From positions 19,900-83,899 of the forward strand of contig JACPAG010000001.1 of assembly GCA_016180945.1 (NCBI GenBank): DNA of 64,000 nucleotides, read 5' to 3'. Shown piece after piece: positions 53,871 through 63,320 of this stretch. Made by a program: the position numbers and the translations under genes. Origin of the DNA: Candidatus Aenigmatarchaeota archaeon. Lineage in GTDB: Archaea; Aenigmatarchaeota; Aenigmatarchaeia; GW2011-AR5. The notes under the pieces are model-generated. The model was given only the letters and a program-made list of their open reading frames with translations, was not told where the DNA came from and did not search any database. Numbering within the stretch: the first letter of the stretch is position 1; each line of letters opens with the position of its first letter.

Positions 53871-53986
53871 TATCCTCAAAGACATTGAAAACTGCCGTCT
53901 TTAGACAGCAGATGAAATACAATGTCTTTGGGATGCCATGCTCAAAGAAACCCCTGACTAAAGTCAGGGGTTATATCAGAGCATAT
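53871..53986 (+). repeat. nested stem-loop element, family S, one internal hairpin (candidate structured RNA)
   Basis: TATCCTCAAAGACATTGAAAAC [CTGCCGTC-TTTA-GACAGCAG] ATGAAATA CAATGTCTTTG GGATGCCATGCTC AAAGAAA [CCCCTGAC-TAAA-GTCAGGGG] TTATATCA GAGCAT. Directly 3' of the polD small-subunit gene. Confidence 0.65.
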
Positions 53987-54048
53987 CATACCCGTTTATA
54001 ATTACACGGTCACCGGGTGCTAGGAATTACAGCAAAAACCTATCGTGT

Positions 54049-54642
54049 TTATACATGTACTGGTTGTCTTTCAAGCTGAGCAAAAGCTGAACGTAACTCT
54101 TCTTCTGGAATATCTTCCCGAAATCTGTGCACAATATCAACTAAATGTGGCGGTAATGTCTTTCTCCAAGAAGAATGAATAATACGTAATAATGGTGGAC
54201 GAGGAGTATAAACAAAACTCGATTGTGGTTTAGTATGATCTAGACCAGAGAATAAATACAATTTTTCAAGACCTGCTCCAAATTCTTCTCCTGCTCCCCA
54301 AATCCTTCCAAAATCTCTTTTTATGTCAGGAGTAGGATCGCTATCTAATGGGTATGTTTTCCATGGTCCGGAACCATGTGCTCTCAGTACAGGATTATTT
54401 CCACGTCGTCTTTCTATTTCAGCTATATATCTAAGATTCTCTAACGCATCTGGAACTCTATTTCTTAAGCTAGTAAAAACCTCTATCACAACACAAGGTG
54501 GGTAGTTTTCTGCAAAAGGATTCATGGGATAGATATGAAATTGAATACCTCTACCTCGAATTTCAAACGATTCATCAGGACGCCGATATGGTTTAGGTCT
54601 TTCCAATGTTCTTACTAAATAACCCTGTTCAGTCATATACAA
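54049..54642 (-). CDS. 197-aa orphan protein between polD-small and polB
   Basis: Uninterrupted ORF, more AT-rich than its flanks. No family recognised. Confidence 0.55.
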   Translation of the reverse strand: MYMTEQGYLVRTLERPKPYRRPDESFEIRGRGIQFHIYPMNPFAENYPPCVVIEVFTSLRNRVPDALENLRYIAEIERRRGNNPVLRAHGSGPWKTYPLDSDPTPDIKRDFGRIWGAGEEFGAGLEKLYLFSGLDHTKPQSSFVYTPRPPLLRIIHSSWRKTLPPHLVDIVHRFREDIPEEELRSAFAQLERQPVHV

Positions 54643-54767
54643 ACTATTTATATAGCAAACTATTTATCGCTTAATCGCTGCCCACCTCCCTATATTTTCA
54701 TATCGACTCGTTAAAAATACTCTGACTTTGTCAGCACTTCGTGCATCTAACAGAAATTATAAATTAT

Positions 54768-54799
54768 ATGGCGCTCGACTCTGCGAAAGCAGAGGGGAG
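54768..54799 (+). promoter_or_regulatory. leader module B upstream of polB
   Basis: ATAAATTAT-ATGGCGCTCGAC + CTCTGC-GAAA-GCAGAG + GGGAG. The polB ATG follows 36 nt later (54835). Confidence 0.65.
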
Positions 54800-54834
54800 A
54801 AAGCATAAAAGCATTTTTTGTCATAGAAAGTCGT

Positions 54835-57519
54835 ATGCTGATGCAGCTGCTGGACGCGGATTATTTTCTGAACGCAAACAAGCCCGTCGTCCGCCTGTAC
54901 GGAAAAACAGAGAACGGCAATTCCGTGTGCGCGTTCTACGACAAATTTCTCCCTTATTTTTATGTCAGGCCAAACAGCAAGACAGCCGAGGCGGTAAAAA
55001 ATATCCGGGAAATCGTATCGTCAGAAGAGATAGAGAAATTCACGCCGTCCGGTTACCAGGCGGAGCCGGCAAAACTGCTTAAACTCACTATTACAAACCC
55101 GCAGGACGTCCCCCGAATCTCGGCCATGCTATTAGACCAAAAAGCGGTCGACGACATATTCGAAAACGATATTTTGTTCAAGTACCGTTTCATGGTCGAC
55201 CACTCTCTGCGCGGCATGGAGTGGGTAGACGTAAAAGGCCAGAAAACGTTCACGAAAACCGTCACGTGCCCGGCTTACGGCGCATCATCCATCAGTGCAG
55301 TGAACAAAAAAGAAAACGCCGGGCTTCGTTACATGGCGTTCGACATAGAATGCATACCGTCCGATATTACAAAGCCGCTGAATTCAAAAAAGGACCCGAT
55401 CGTCATCATTGCAATGTCGTTCACGCCGCGATACAAAAATCACGATACGCTCGTCTTGGTTGCCAAGCCCGCCTCCGGCCAGGGCACCCAGGGCTTCCAG
55501 AACGAAAAGGCCATGCTGGAAGAATTTCTGAAAATTATTTCTGCTTATGACCCGGACATCATAACAGGCTACAACATAAACTCGTTCGACCTGCCGTATC
55601 TTCTCGAGCGGCTTGGGCAAAACAAGCTTCCAAAATTTTTCGGGCGGTGTAACGACAAGCCCGTCTTCACAAAAACCTTTGGAATAAGCCAGGAAACCGT
55701 CATTCACGGCCGCGTTGTCGTCGACCCGTACCAGATAATAAAGCGCGACCCGTGGGTCAAGTTCTACAGGTACAATCTGAATACCATAGCCAAAGCCCTG
55801 CTGGGCGAAGAGAAACTGGACGTTGAGTACAGCGAAATGCCGGATCTCTGGAAAGGTTCCAGGGAAGACCTGAACAGGTTCGTAGAATATGCGAGGAAAG
55901 ACGCGGCCATTTCGCTGCGGCTTGTAATAGAAAGGCGGATGCTTGATAAGTTCTTTGAAATCTCAAAAATATCCGGCCTGCTGATGCAGGACGTTTTCGG
56001 CGGCCAGACGATGCGCATAGAAGTCATGCTGCTCCACGAGTTTCGGAAACGCCGTTTTGTTATGCCGTCAAAAACATCCAGAACAACCGTCTCGAGGCGC
56101 GAAAAGGAAAAGGACAAGCTCGGCCTGAAAGGCGCAACGGTGCTGGAACCAAAAAAAGGCCTCCACACGGAAGGCTGCACCCTGGTTCTGGATTTTAAGA
56201 GCCTCTATCCAAACCTGATGAGGGCGTATAACATATCGCCTGATTCGCTGCTGACCGGCGGTAGCTTTAAATGTAACATCGCTCCAAACGGGGCTAAGTT
56301 TATAGACAAAGAAATTCATGAAGGCATTTTCCCTTTGGTTTTAACGCAATTGCTGGAATCAAGGGAATCGATTAAAAAATTAATGAAGACGGCGAGGGGC
56401 GAAGAGAAAAGGATTTTGAACGCCAGGCAGCTTGCGCTGAAAGATATTTCCAATTCTATATACGGTTACACCGGTTATGTCCGTGCGAGGCTCTACATGA
56501 TAGATGTGGCGGGTGCGATAACCGCATACGGCCGTGAAAATCTGGAGAAAACAAAAAAAACCATCGAAGAAAAATTTCCTGTTGAGGTAGTCTACGGAGA
56601 CACAGATTCCCTGCTCTTGAAAACAAGTCTAACAAACCTCGATGAAGCAAAAGAACTGGGAGAGAAAATTTCCAAGGCCGTGAGTAGCGAACTCGGAAAC
56701 CTCCAGCTGGAATTCCAGAAAATCTACCGGACATTTCTGATACTGACAAAAAAGCGTTATGCCGGCTGGAAATTCACCTTTGACGGGGAATGGAAAGACG
56801 AAATAGAGATGAAAGGCATTGAAACAATCCGCCGTGACTGGTGCCCCCTGGTTTCGCAAACGATGAAAGAAATACTAGACATCATCCTGAAAGAAGGCGA
56901 CATGCAAAAGGCAATTGCAACCATGAGAAACGTGCTGGAAAAGCTTAAGCGGAACGAAATCCCGCTGGAAATGTTGACCGTGATAAAAGGCATAACAAAA
57001 AGCCCTGAAAATTACGAGGGGATGCTGCCGCACATCGAGCTGGCAAAGAAGCTGGCAGAGCGTAATCCTCACGACAAGCCGCGCATAGGCGACCGGCTGG
57101 GGTTTGTTATCATAAAAGGCAACCAGATATTGTCAAAGCGCGCGGAAGACCCGGGATATGTAAAAAAGCACAACCTGCAGATAGATTCGGACTATTACAT
57201 TCACAGCCAGCTGTTTCCGCCGATAGAGCGCATACTGGTTTCCATAGGCGTCACCAAAGGAGAGCTTCTCGGCTCCGGCCACCAGTCAAGCATCATGGAC
57301 ATAATGAACGGAACCAAGAGAAGAACGAAGCACGAAATAAATATAGATTTTTCCAAGGAAGATGATAAAAAAGCCCTTGACGACTGGGAAAATTTTGTCT
57401 GCCAGAAATGCAGCAAGTCGTACAGGCGGATGCCGTTGCAGGGCAGCTGCGCCTGCGGCGGAGAACTTTTAATCGCATACCAGGGCTCGGTAAGCAACAG
57501 GATGGTGAGGAAAGGGTGA
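54835..57519 (+). CDS. polB: family B DNA polymerase
   Basis: Exo I FDIECIP, Exo II NINSFDLPYL, Exo III YARKDA. Pol motifs DFKSLYPNLM, KDISNSIYGY, YGDTDS. C-terminal Cys cluster. Confidence 0.95.
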   Translation: MLMQLLDADYFLNANKPVVRLYGKTENGNSVCAFYDKFLPYFYVRPNSKTAEAVKNIREIVSSEEIEKFTPSGYQAEPAKLLKLTITNPQDVPRISAMLLDQKAVDDIFENDILFKYRFMVDHSLRGMEWVDVKGQKTFTKTVTCPAYGASSISAVNKKENAGLRYMAFDIECIPSDITKPLNSKKDPIVIIAMSFTPRYKNHDTLVLVAKPASGQGTQGFQNEKAMLEEFLKIISAYDPDIITGYNINSFDLPYLLERLGQNKLPKFFGRCNDKPVFTKTFGISQETVIHGRVVVDPYQIIKRDPWVKFYRYNLNTIAKALLGEEKLDVEYSEMPDLWKGSREDLNRFVEYARKDAAISLRLVIERRMLDKFFEISKISGLLMQDVFGGQTMRIEVMLLHEFRKRRFVMPSKTSRTTVSRREKEKDKLGLKGATVLEPKKGLHTEGCTLVLDFKSLYPNLMRAYNISPDSLLTGGSFKCNIAPNGAKFIDKEIHEGIFPLVLTQLLESRESIKKLMKTARGEEKRILNARQLALKDISNSIYGYTGYVRARLYMIDVAGAITAYGRENLEKTKKTIEEKFPVEVVYGDTDSLLLKTSLTNLDEAKELGEKISKAVSSELGNLQLEFQKIYRTFLILTKKRYAGWKFTFDGEWKDEIEMKGIETIRRDWCPLVSQTMKEILDIILKEGDMQKAIATMRNVLEKLKRNEIPLEMLTVIKGITKSPENYEGMLPHIELAKKLAERNPHDKPRIGDRLGFVIIKGNQILSKRAEDPGYVKKHNLQIDSDYYIHSQLFPPIERILVSIGVTKGELLGSGHQSSIMDIMNGTKRRTKHEINIDFSKEDDKKALDDWENFVCQKCSKSYRRMPLQGSCACGGELLIAYQGSVSNRMVRKG

Positions 57520-57600
57520 ACGAAGGAAAACTGGCTGCTTAACGTATGTGGTTTAACAAGGCTTGGAAGATTATTAAACCGTCTTAATTATACGTTTATT

Positions 57601-58605
57601 ATGAAGCCTGTCTTTACAATTACTTTGCTAATTTTAATTATTCTTATTAGTGGCTGTGTTGAAAACCGAATTGAACCGGAGAAAGAACCGCCATCAAACG
57701 AATCTAAGTCAGCGGCTCAAAGCCCCCCAGAAGACAATAAAGAAATAGCCACGGCAAATGCGTCCGGGCAAAACGCCGGCAGACTTATAAAATGGGCTAA
57801 AGAAAACGGAATAAGAATTAAGGGTGTTAGTTCTTCCACTATAATTAAAAGCAACGAGTATTTGATGTATTATACAGGAAATGGTATAGAGATGGCGCAA
57901 TCTTCTGACGGCTTAAACTTCGTCCATTTAGGAACAATAATTGATATAAAAGACGTTAATGGGGTAGATATGGTTACTAACCCAGCCGTTTTCGAGACAA
58001 ATTATGGGAAATACAGGATGATATTTGAAGGTAGCAAGATGTTTCGCGACAAAAACGATAGAAAACTCTACAGTGCGATATCTTTAGATGGTTTAATTTG
58101 GATAGTCGAAGAAGGGGTGAGGTTTCAAGATGCCGGTGATGGGAAACCAGGAGAACTGTTCACGTCAGTACCAGACATAATGAGATTGGATGACGGAAGG
58201 TTGAGGCTGTATTACACGAGAGGTGGAACTTCTGCCACTGCTTTATCAAATGATGATGGTTTGACTTGGATCAAAGAAACTAACCTAAAACTCAGAAAAG
58301 TTGCGATAGATCCAGATATTGTGTTGTTAGACGATGGTACCTATAAGCTTTTTTTCACGTCCTTTGCTGATGAATTCGGGGTAGGTGAACAATGGATAAT
58401 GAGTGCTAATTCTGCAGATGGAGTTAATTTCACAATAGATGAAAGAAAATTAATCGGGCCAAGTGCCCCTGGCGGATTAGTTACTGATCCAGATGTGATA
58501 AAAACTGATAACGGTTACAGAATGTACTATGGTGAGTTTAAAAAAGGCGAACATGAAATATACGAAAACGAACCAAATATAATGAGTGCTTTTAGTTCTG
58601 GATGA
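57601..58605 (+). CDS. exported lipoprotein-like beta-propeller protein (glycosidase-like, tentative)
   Basis: Lipobox-like LISGC. Five repeats ending in aromatic-rich strands (YLMYYTG, YRMIFEG, LRLYYTR, YKLFFTS, YRMYYGE). Confidence 0.5.
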   Translation: MKPVFTITLLILIILISGCVENRIEPEKEPPSNESKSAAQSPPEDNKEIATANASGQNAGRLIKWAKENGIRIKGVSSSTIIKSNEYLMYYTGNGIEMAQSSDGLNFVHLGTIIDIKDVNGVDMVTNPAVFETNYGKYRMIFEGSKMFRDKNDRKLYSAISLDGLIWIVEEGVRFQDAGDGKPGELFTSVPDIMRLDDGRLRLYYTRGGTSATALSNDDGLTWIKETNLKLRKVAIDPDIVLLDDGTYKLFFTSFADEFGVGEQWIMSANSADGVNFTIDERKLIGPSAPGGLVTDPDVIKTDNGYRMYYGEFKKGEHEIYENEPNIMSAFSSG

Positions 58606-58665
58606 TAAATACTAAAATTTCTGGCGCGACTCATTTATTTCACCTAACAACTATTAAACGCACTT

Positions 58666-59724
58666 CTAAACGTGTACCTTGTCCGTCGGCGGCGGGTCCT
58701 TGAATTTTACTTTGAACAGCTTGACCTCGCCGCCGTAATTGCCAACGAGCTCGAAATTATTCAGTCCCAGCCCGTTGAACAGGTACATTCTCGTAAACAG
58801 CGAGTTTTCAAGCTGCGGCGGCGCGAAAATCATGGCGTTTTTGTCGGGTGTCAGCCATATCAGGCCGCTTATATCCGCCTCCTCCCGCGTTCTTAAATTC
58901 CCCTGCCCGGCCCGGTCAAAATAAAATATCTTGCCTACGGTGGCGAGCGTCGAGCCCTGCTGCAGGAATGCTTGGTAAGTGTTGTTCGTTTCGTAAATCA
59001 CAAACGCCTGCTGCGGCCCAAGGGGGTAAATATGCGCTATGGCGTTCTGGTCCAGGACCGGCCGGCTCTGGGAACGCTGCACGATTGCATAAGAGTACTT
59101 GTCGCCTTTTTCTCCCGTTCTCGTCGCATCCCAGGTCGAAAAATAGCTCCACCAGACGCTTTTGCCGAGCAAATCCTGCGAAGCGATATAGTACATCTCG
59201 TTGCAGTTCGGGTTCCGGTATTTTCTAAGTATGTCCAGTGCCTTGTCCTCATCTGACGTCAGTAACGTAGTGGCAATGTCTTGTATCCTTGATGCCACTA
59301 CCTCTGTTCCGTTTATCATAAACGTCCTTGTAGCGCCTTGCGATGCGCCGTCAAAAACAACCGGCCTTCTCGCTATGCCTGTGATGAAATGACCGGGGTC
59401 CCAATACGTTGCTATGACCGTACAGTTAGCCGTGTTGTCGTGCAGCCAGTTCAGCGCGCTAAACCAGTTGTCATCAAGGATAGTTCCCTGGCCGCGGGCA
59501 ACAGCTTCGGCCGGCCTGTAGTAAAAAGAAAACGAAAATGAAACGAGGAAAAAAAGAATCAATGCAATGGCGAGTTCGCGCTTCATTATTTTTTTCCCGT
59601 GCAAAAGACCGCCAGCAACAGCCGCAGTAAAAATCAAAACGCCAAACCACTCTGCCGAAAATATATTAATCCCTAAGAATATCAGCATCGCCACACCCGC
59701 GATAACAGGTATCAGGAAAATCAT
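58666..59724 (-). CDS. aglB: AglB/STT3 oligosaccharyltransferase, C-terminal part (last TMs + catalytic-site WWDYG-type domain)
   Basis: IATYWDPGHFITG is a WWDYG-motif variant. The Met at 59724 overlaps the stop of the upstream ORF (ATGA). Confidence 0.7.
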   Translation of the reverse strand: MIFLIPVIAGVAMLIFLGINIFSAEWFGVLIFTAAVAGGLLHGKKIMKRELAIALILFFLVSFSFSFYYRPAEAVARGQGTILDDNWFSALNWLHDNTANCTVIATYWDPGHFITGIARRPVVFDGASQGATRTFMINGTEVVASRIQDIATTLLTSDEDKALDILRKYRNPNCNEMYYIASQDLLGKSVWWSYFSTWDATRTGEKGDKYSYAIVQRSQSRPVLDQNAIAHIYPLGPQQAFVIYETNNTYQAFLQQGSTLATVGKIFYFDRAGQGNLRTREEADISGLIWLTPDKNAMIFAPPQLENSLFTRMYLFNGLGLNNFELVGNYGGEVKLFKVKFKDPPPTDKVHV

Positions 59725-60992
59725 TCGTCCAGCCTCTCGCCAAAAGTCATTCTCGATATTTTTGAAAAGAATATGCCGAGCCCTATAGCTATCGGTTGTG
59801 AAAATAGTATTGAAAATCTTACAGCAACTACCGTAGCCAAAATCGGCCCGACGAACCATATGAAAAGCACCAGAAAGGCGTCGAAATGCTTTTTTGTCTT
59901 CACAAAAGAATAGCCGAGGTAAATCATCGTATAAATCATGATTACAAAAGGAGAGAACAGCAGCGCTATCGGATTTTGCGAAAAGTCTATGGCACTCGCC
60001 CTCTGGATTATTTCCCGCAGCCCTCCGGAGCCCTGCAGTTCTGCCACAGACACGCCGACATTTGGGAATTGCCTGCCGCCCTCGCCCTTTATATCCTGGA
60101 ATTCTATAGGGCCTGTAAACGTATAGATTACCCTGCCCATGCCGAAAACAGGCAGTATAAACAGGAAAAGAAATACAGAAAGGAAAATTGCGTAGCTTAG
60201 GATAAGGTGCGCATTCTCTTTAAAAGCGGGCTTTCTTTTTATGGCAGTTTCAATAACAATCTTCAGAATAAGTGCCCCGAGCATTATCCACACAATATAC
60301 CAGTATCCGATCCACGTATTAGCCCATACGCCAAGCGAGATGCCGGTGAGGATAGAATAGAAAATGGCGCGTTTATCAAGAACCTTTTTCGTGTCTATGT
60401 ATTTGTACGTGTAAAGGAAGACTCCCATCACAATCAGCGGCACCAGCAATTGCAGCGCGTCCGAATCAGGGTCGCCTCCAAGCGTTCTCGAAACGATAGA
60501 AATGTCAAAAACAGTGAAGAATGCCGCCAGCACGCCAGCCCTTTTATCATAGAGCAGCCGGCCTACCAAATACGCCGGTATCGCCATCAGCGCCGCAAGA
60601 AAGGCGGGCAGATAAATTAGATACTGCCATAACTGAAGATTTGGGAAGAACGCCCTGAAAAACATGAAAGAATACGCGCCCAAATGCTGGTATGGGTATA
60701 TCTGCGGCACCGCTCCTGGGGCAGTTCTTTCCTCGCCCTCCGGCGCCCGGACATATATGTCGTATGCGGGGTAGACGCCGTTATTTTGTACTATCTCGTC
60801 CATCTCCCGCAGGAACATGTACGAATCTATATTCCTCAGGTAGGGCCATCTGTAGTCCAGCAGTCTTATATGCATGCTCAGGACAATTATAAGGAGAACG
60901 GCGATAAGCGCCCAGTGGTTTTTGATTATATTCTTCCCTGCGGTCCTGAAGTCAGCCATCTTATTTATGTTTGATAAAAAGTATATAAGCAT
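59721..60992 (-). CDS. aglB: AglB/STT3 oligosaccharyltransferase, N-terminal polytopic membrane part
   Basis: 423 aa, about 11 TM. Acidic loop motifs (NIDSYMFLREMDE, GGDPDSD) as in the STT3 external loops. Confidence 0.65.
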   Translation of the reverse strand: MLIYFLSNINKMADFRTAGKNIIKNHWALIAVLLIIVLSMHIRLLDYRWPYLRNIDSYMFLREMDEIVQNNGVYPAYDIYVRAPEGEERTAPGAVPQIYPYQHLGAYSFMFFRAFFPNLQLWQYLIYLPAFLAALMAIPAYLVGRLLYDKRAGVLAAFFTVFDISIVSRTLGGDPDSDALQLLVPLIVMGVFLYTYKYIDTKKVLDKRAIFYSILTGISLGVWANTWIGYWYIVWIMLGALILKIVIETAIKRKPAFKENAHLILSYAIFLSVFLFLFILPVFGMGRVIYTFTGPIEFQDIKGEGGRQFPNVGVSVAELQGSGGLREIIQRASAIDFSQNPIALLFSPFVIMIYTMIYLGYSFVKTKKHFDAFLVLFIWFVGPILATVVAVRFSILFSQPIAIGLGIFFSKISRMTFGERLDE

Positions 60993-61006
60993 TGAATAAT
61001 TTATAA

Positions 61007-61132
61007 CGACTGGAAGGAGTAAAAATTACATTCGAAGGACTAAAAGTCCTTCGATGCATCGAAGAACGTTCACAGTTCTTCGAGTGTAAGTGTAATATGG
61101 CACTCGACTTTGCCGGAGCAAAGGGGAGTATG
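61007..61132 (+). promoter_or_regulatory. leader: module A fragment, two inserted hairpins, module B in front of the radical SAM gene
   Basis: CGACTGGAAGGAGTAAAAATTA (61007-61028). TCGAAGGAC-TAAAA-GTCCTTCGA (61032-61054). TCGAAGAAC-GTTCACA-GTTCTTCGA (61059-61083). ATGGCACTCGAC + CTTTGC-CGGA-GCAAAG + GGGAGT + ATG (61130). Confidence 0.7.
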
Positions 61133-62614
61133 AAAGTAATGCTAATAAGGCCGCCGCATACGGATTTTGAGGGCACCGAACCGCCGCGTATAGGCATCCC
61201 TTTAGGCGCGCTCAGTATAGCCGCGGCAATGGAACAGCGCGGGCACGAAGTAAAAGTTTTCGATGCATTGACATACATGGACAAGACCGGCGACAAAAAC
61301 CATTTCGGCGCCTCGTGGGAAAGAATCCTGGGAGAAATAAAGAAATTCAATCCCGGCGTCATCGGCATAGCAAATCTTTTTTCTACGCAGATAGGCAAAG
61401 CCCTCATTCTGCCAAAACTGATCAGGGGGGCGAATCCAGAAATAAAACTGATAGTCGGCGGTCCTCATGCAACCGTTCGCCCCCAGGATTTCCTCAATGG
61501 AGAATTTGATTTTGTCATCCTGGCCGAAGGCGAAGAAACAGGCCCCGATATAGTTGATTATTACGCAGGGCGGAAAAAACTAGAAGAAATAAAAGGAATA
61601 GCGTATATGGATAACGGGCTGAAAATCCACCCGCCGGAATACATAAAGGATTTGGACAAGCTGCCGTTCCCGGCGTATCATCTCGTAGACATGGAAATGT
61701 ATTTCACGCTCGTCTTCAACGGTTTTTCGTCCAGACCGCAAGATCCGTTCTACAGGCCGCGCAGGGAAATGACAATGATAACAAGCCGCGGCTGCCCTTA
61801 TATCTGCACCTTCTGCTCTATACATCCGACAATGGGCTACAAGTTCCGGATGCAATCAGCAGAGTATGTTTTGAATCATATCGAGCACGTCGCCAGGACA
61901 TACAACGTCGAGCTGATACATTTCGAGGATGACAATCTCACGCTGAACCCGAAGAGGTTCGAGGAGATATTGGACGGTCTCGAAGCAAGAAACATTCATG
62001 TGGAGTGGGATACGCCCAACGGCGTCCGCGCCGACACGCTAACCCGCCCGCTGCTCGAAAAGATGAAAAAAGCGCATGTCAGCGAACTCCGCATCGCTAT
62101 CGAGTCCGGCGTCCAGGAAGTCCTGGACAAGGTTGTGAAAAAAAGTCTCGATATAAATAAAGCCATACAGGCGGCAAAAGATTGCTGCGAGCTCGGCATC
62201 AAGCTTAGCGCCTTTTACGTCATTGGCATGCCGGGCGAAACGAAAAAAGACATAGAAACCACTCTGGAACTGGCTTATACGCTGATGCACGGGTACAATG
62301 TCACGCCGCACGTCAACATAGCGCATCCCCTCGTCGGAACAGAGCTTTACGAAACAGCCAAGGAAAAAGGCTATTTAATCGATGAAGATTATACAAAGGG
62401 TTTCATCTTCGGGACGGGGCGCATCAAAACAGAAGAGTTCTCCCCCGAAGATCTCAGGCGGATGTCGACAGACTTTTATAAAAAAGTCAGAAAGCTCTAC
62501 CTTATGAAAATGATAAGAAGCCCGAGGATAATTGCGAACAACGTCAAAACATTTATCCGCTATCCAAAAAGCACGCTGCGCCTGATAAAGATTGCAGGCA
62601 GGTACACGTCATGA
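61130..62614 (+). CDS. B12-binding-domain radical SAM protein
   Basis: N-terminal cobalamin-binding-like domain. CxxxCxxC cluster motif RGCPYICTFCS. Confidence 0.85.
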   Translation: MKVMLIRPPHTDFEGTEPPRIGIPLGALSIAAAMEQRGHEVKVFDALTYMDKTGDKNHFGASWERILGEIKKFNPGVIGIANLFSTQIGKALILPKLIRGANPEIKLIVGGPHATVRPQDFLNGEFDFVILAEGEETGPDIVDYYAGRKKLEEIKGIAYMDNGLKIHPPEYIKDLDKLPFPAYHLVDMEMYFTLVFNGFSSRPQDPFYRPRREMTMITSRGCPYICTFCSIHPTMGYKFRMQSAEYVLNHIEHVARTYNVELIHFEDDNLTLNPKRFEEILDGLEARNIHVEWDTPNGVRADTLTRPLLEKMKKAHVSELRIAIESGVQEVLDKVVKKSLDINKAIQAAKDCCELGIKLSAFYVIGMPGETKKDIETTLELAYTLMHGYNVTPHVNIAHPLVGTELYETAKEKGYLIDEDYTKGFIFGTGRIKTEEFSPEDLRRMSTDFYKKVRKLYLMKMIRSPRIIANNVKTFIRYPKSTLRLIKIAGRYTS

Positions 62615-62615
62615 T

Positions 62616-63314
62616 TTATTTCCTTTTTAATTTCTTCTTTAGCTTGAACGCCATCAAGCTGAATACCTGGCCAAGATAGTTCTTGTACTCTTTCACGGAT
62701 ATCTTGCTTTTTCCGGCTCTTCTGTTGACGAACGTATACGGTACTTCAACCAGCTTTTTGTAGTCGCCGCGGGCAATAATTTCTAATGACACCTTCCAGC
62801 TTTTCGTTTCGCCGCTTTTTATTTTTATTTTGTCAAAGATTTTTTTTCTTACAAAAAAGAACCCCGTCACGGGGTCTTTGGCAGTTGTTAATGGCCGGGC
62901 GAGCAGTACGGCAAAACGCGACGCAATCTTTCTCCTAAGAGGCCAATTCTCGATGCGGCCGCCCTTTGTATAGCGGCTGCCGAGCACTATATCCGCCCCA
63001 TTTTCGAATTCCTCGGACATTTTTTTAATAAGCGCCGGCGGGTGGCTGAAATCCGCGTCCATGACTCCTATGACGTTGCCGCTTGACATCTTGAACCCCT
63101 CAATAATAGCAGAGCCCAGCCCTTTTTTTTCGGTCCTGTGAAGAACACGGATATTTTTGTACCTTTTAGCCAGCCTGTCAGCCAGCTCTCCTGTCCCATC
63201 AGGAGAATCGTCGTCTACGATTATAATTTCTGCTTCCATGCGCCTCCGTATATCTTTTACGAGCTTTTCGATGTTGTCCTTCTCGTTATACGTCGGAATT
63301 ACAATAGACATCAT
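62616..63314 (-). CDS. GT2 glycosyltransferase (dolichyl-phosphate mannose/glucose synthase-like)
   Basis: MSIVIPTYNEKDNIEKL ... IIVDDDSPDGT ... DADFSHPP. Confidence 0.88.
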   Translation of the reverse strand: MMSIVIPTYNEKDNIEKLVKDIRRRMEAEIIIVDDDSPDGTGELADRLAKRYKNIRVLHRTEKKGLGSAIIEGFKMSSGNVIGVMDADFSHPPALIKKMSEEFENGADIVLGSRYTKGGRIENWPLRRKIASRFAVLLARPLTTAKDPVTGFFFVRKKIFDKIKIKSGETKSWKVSLEIIARGDYKKLVEVPYTFVNRRAGKSKISVKEYKNYLGQVFSLMAFKLKKKLKRK

Positions 63315-63320
63315 GTTTGA

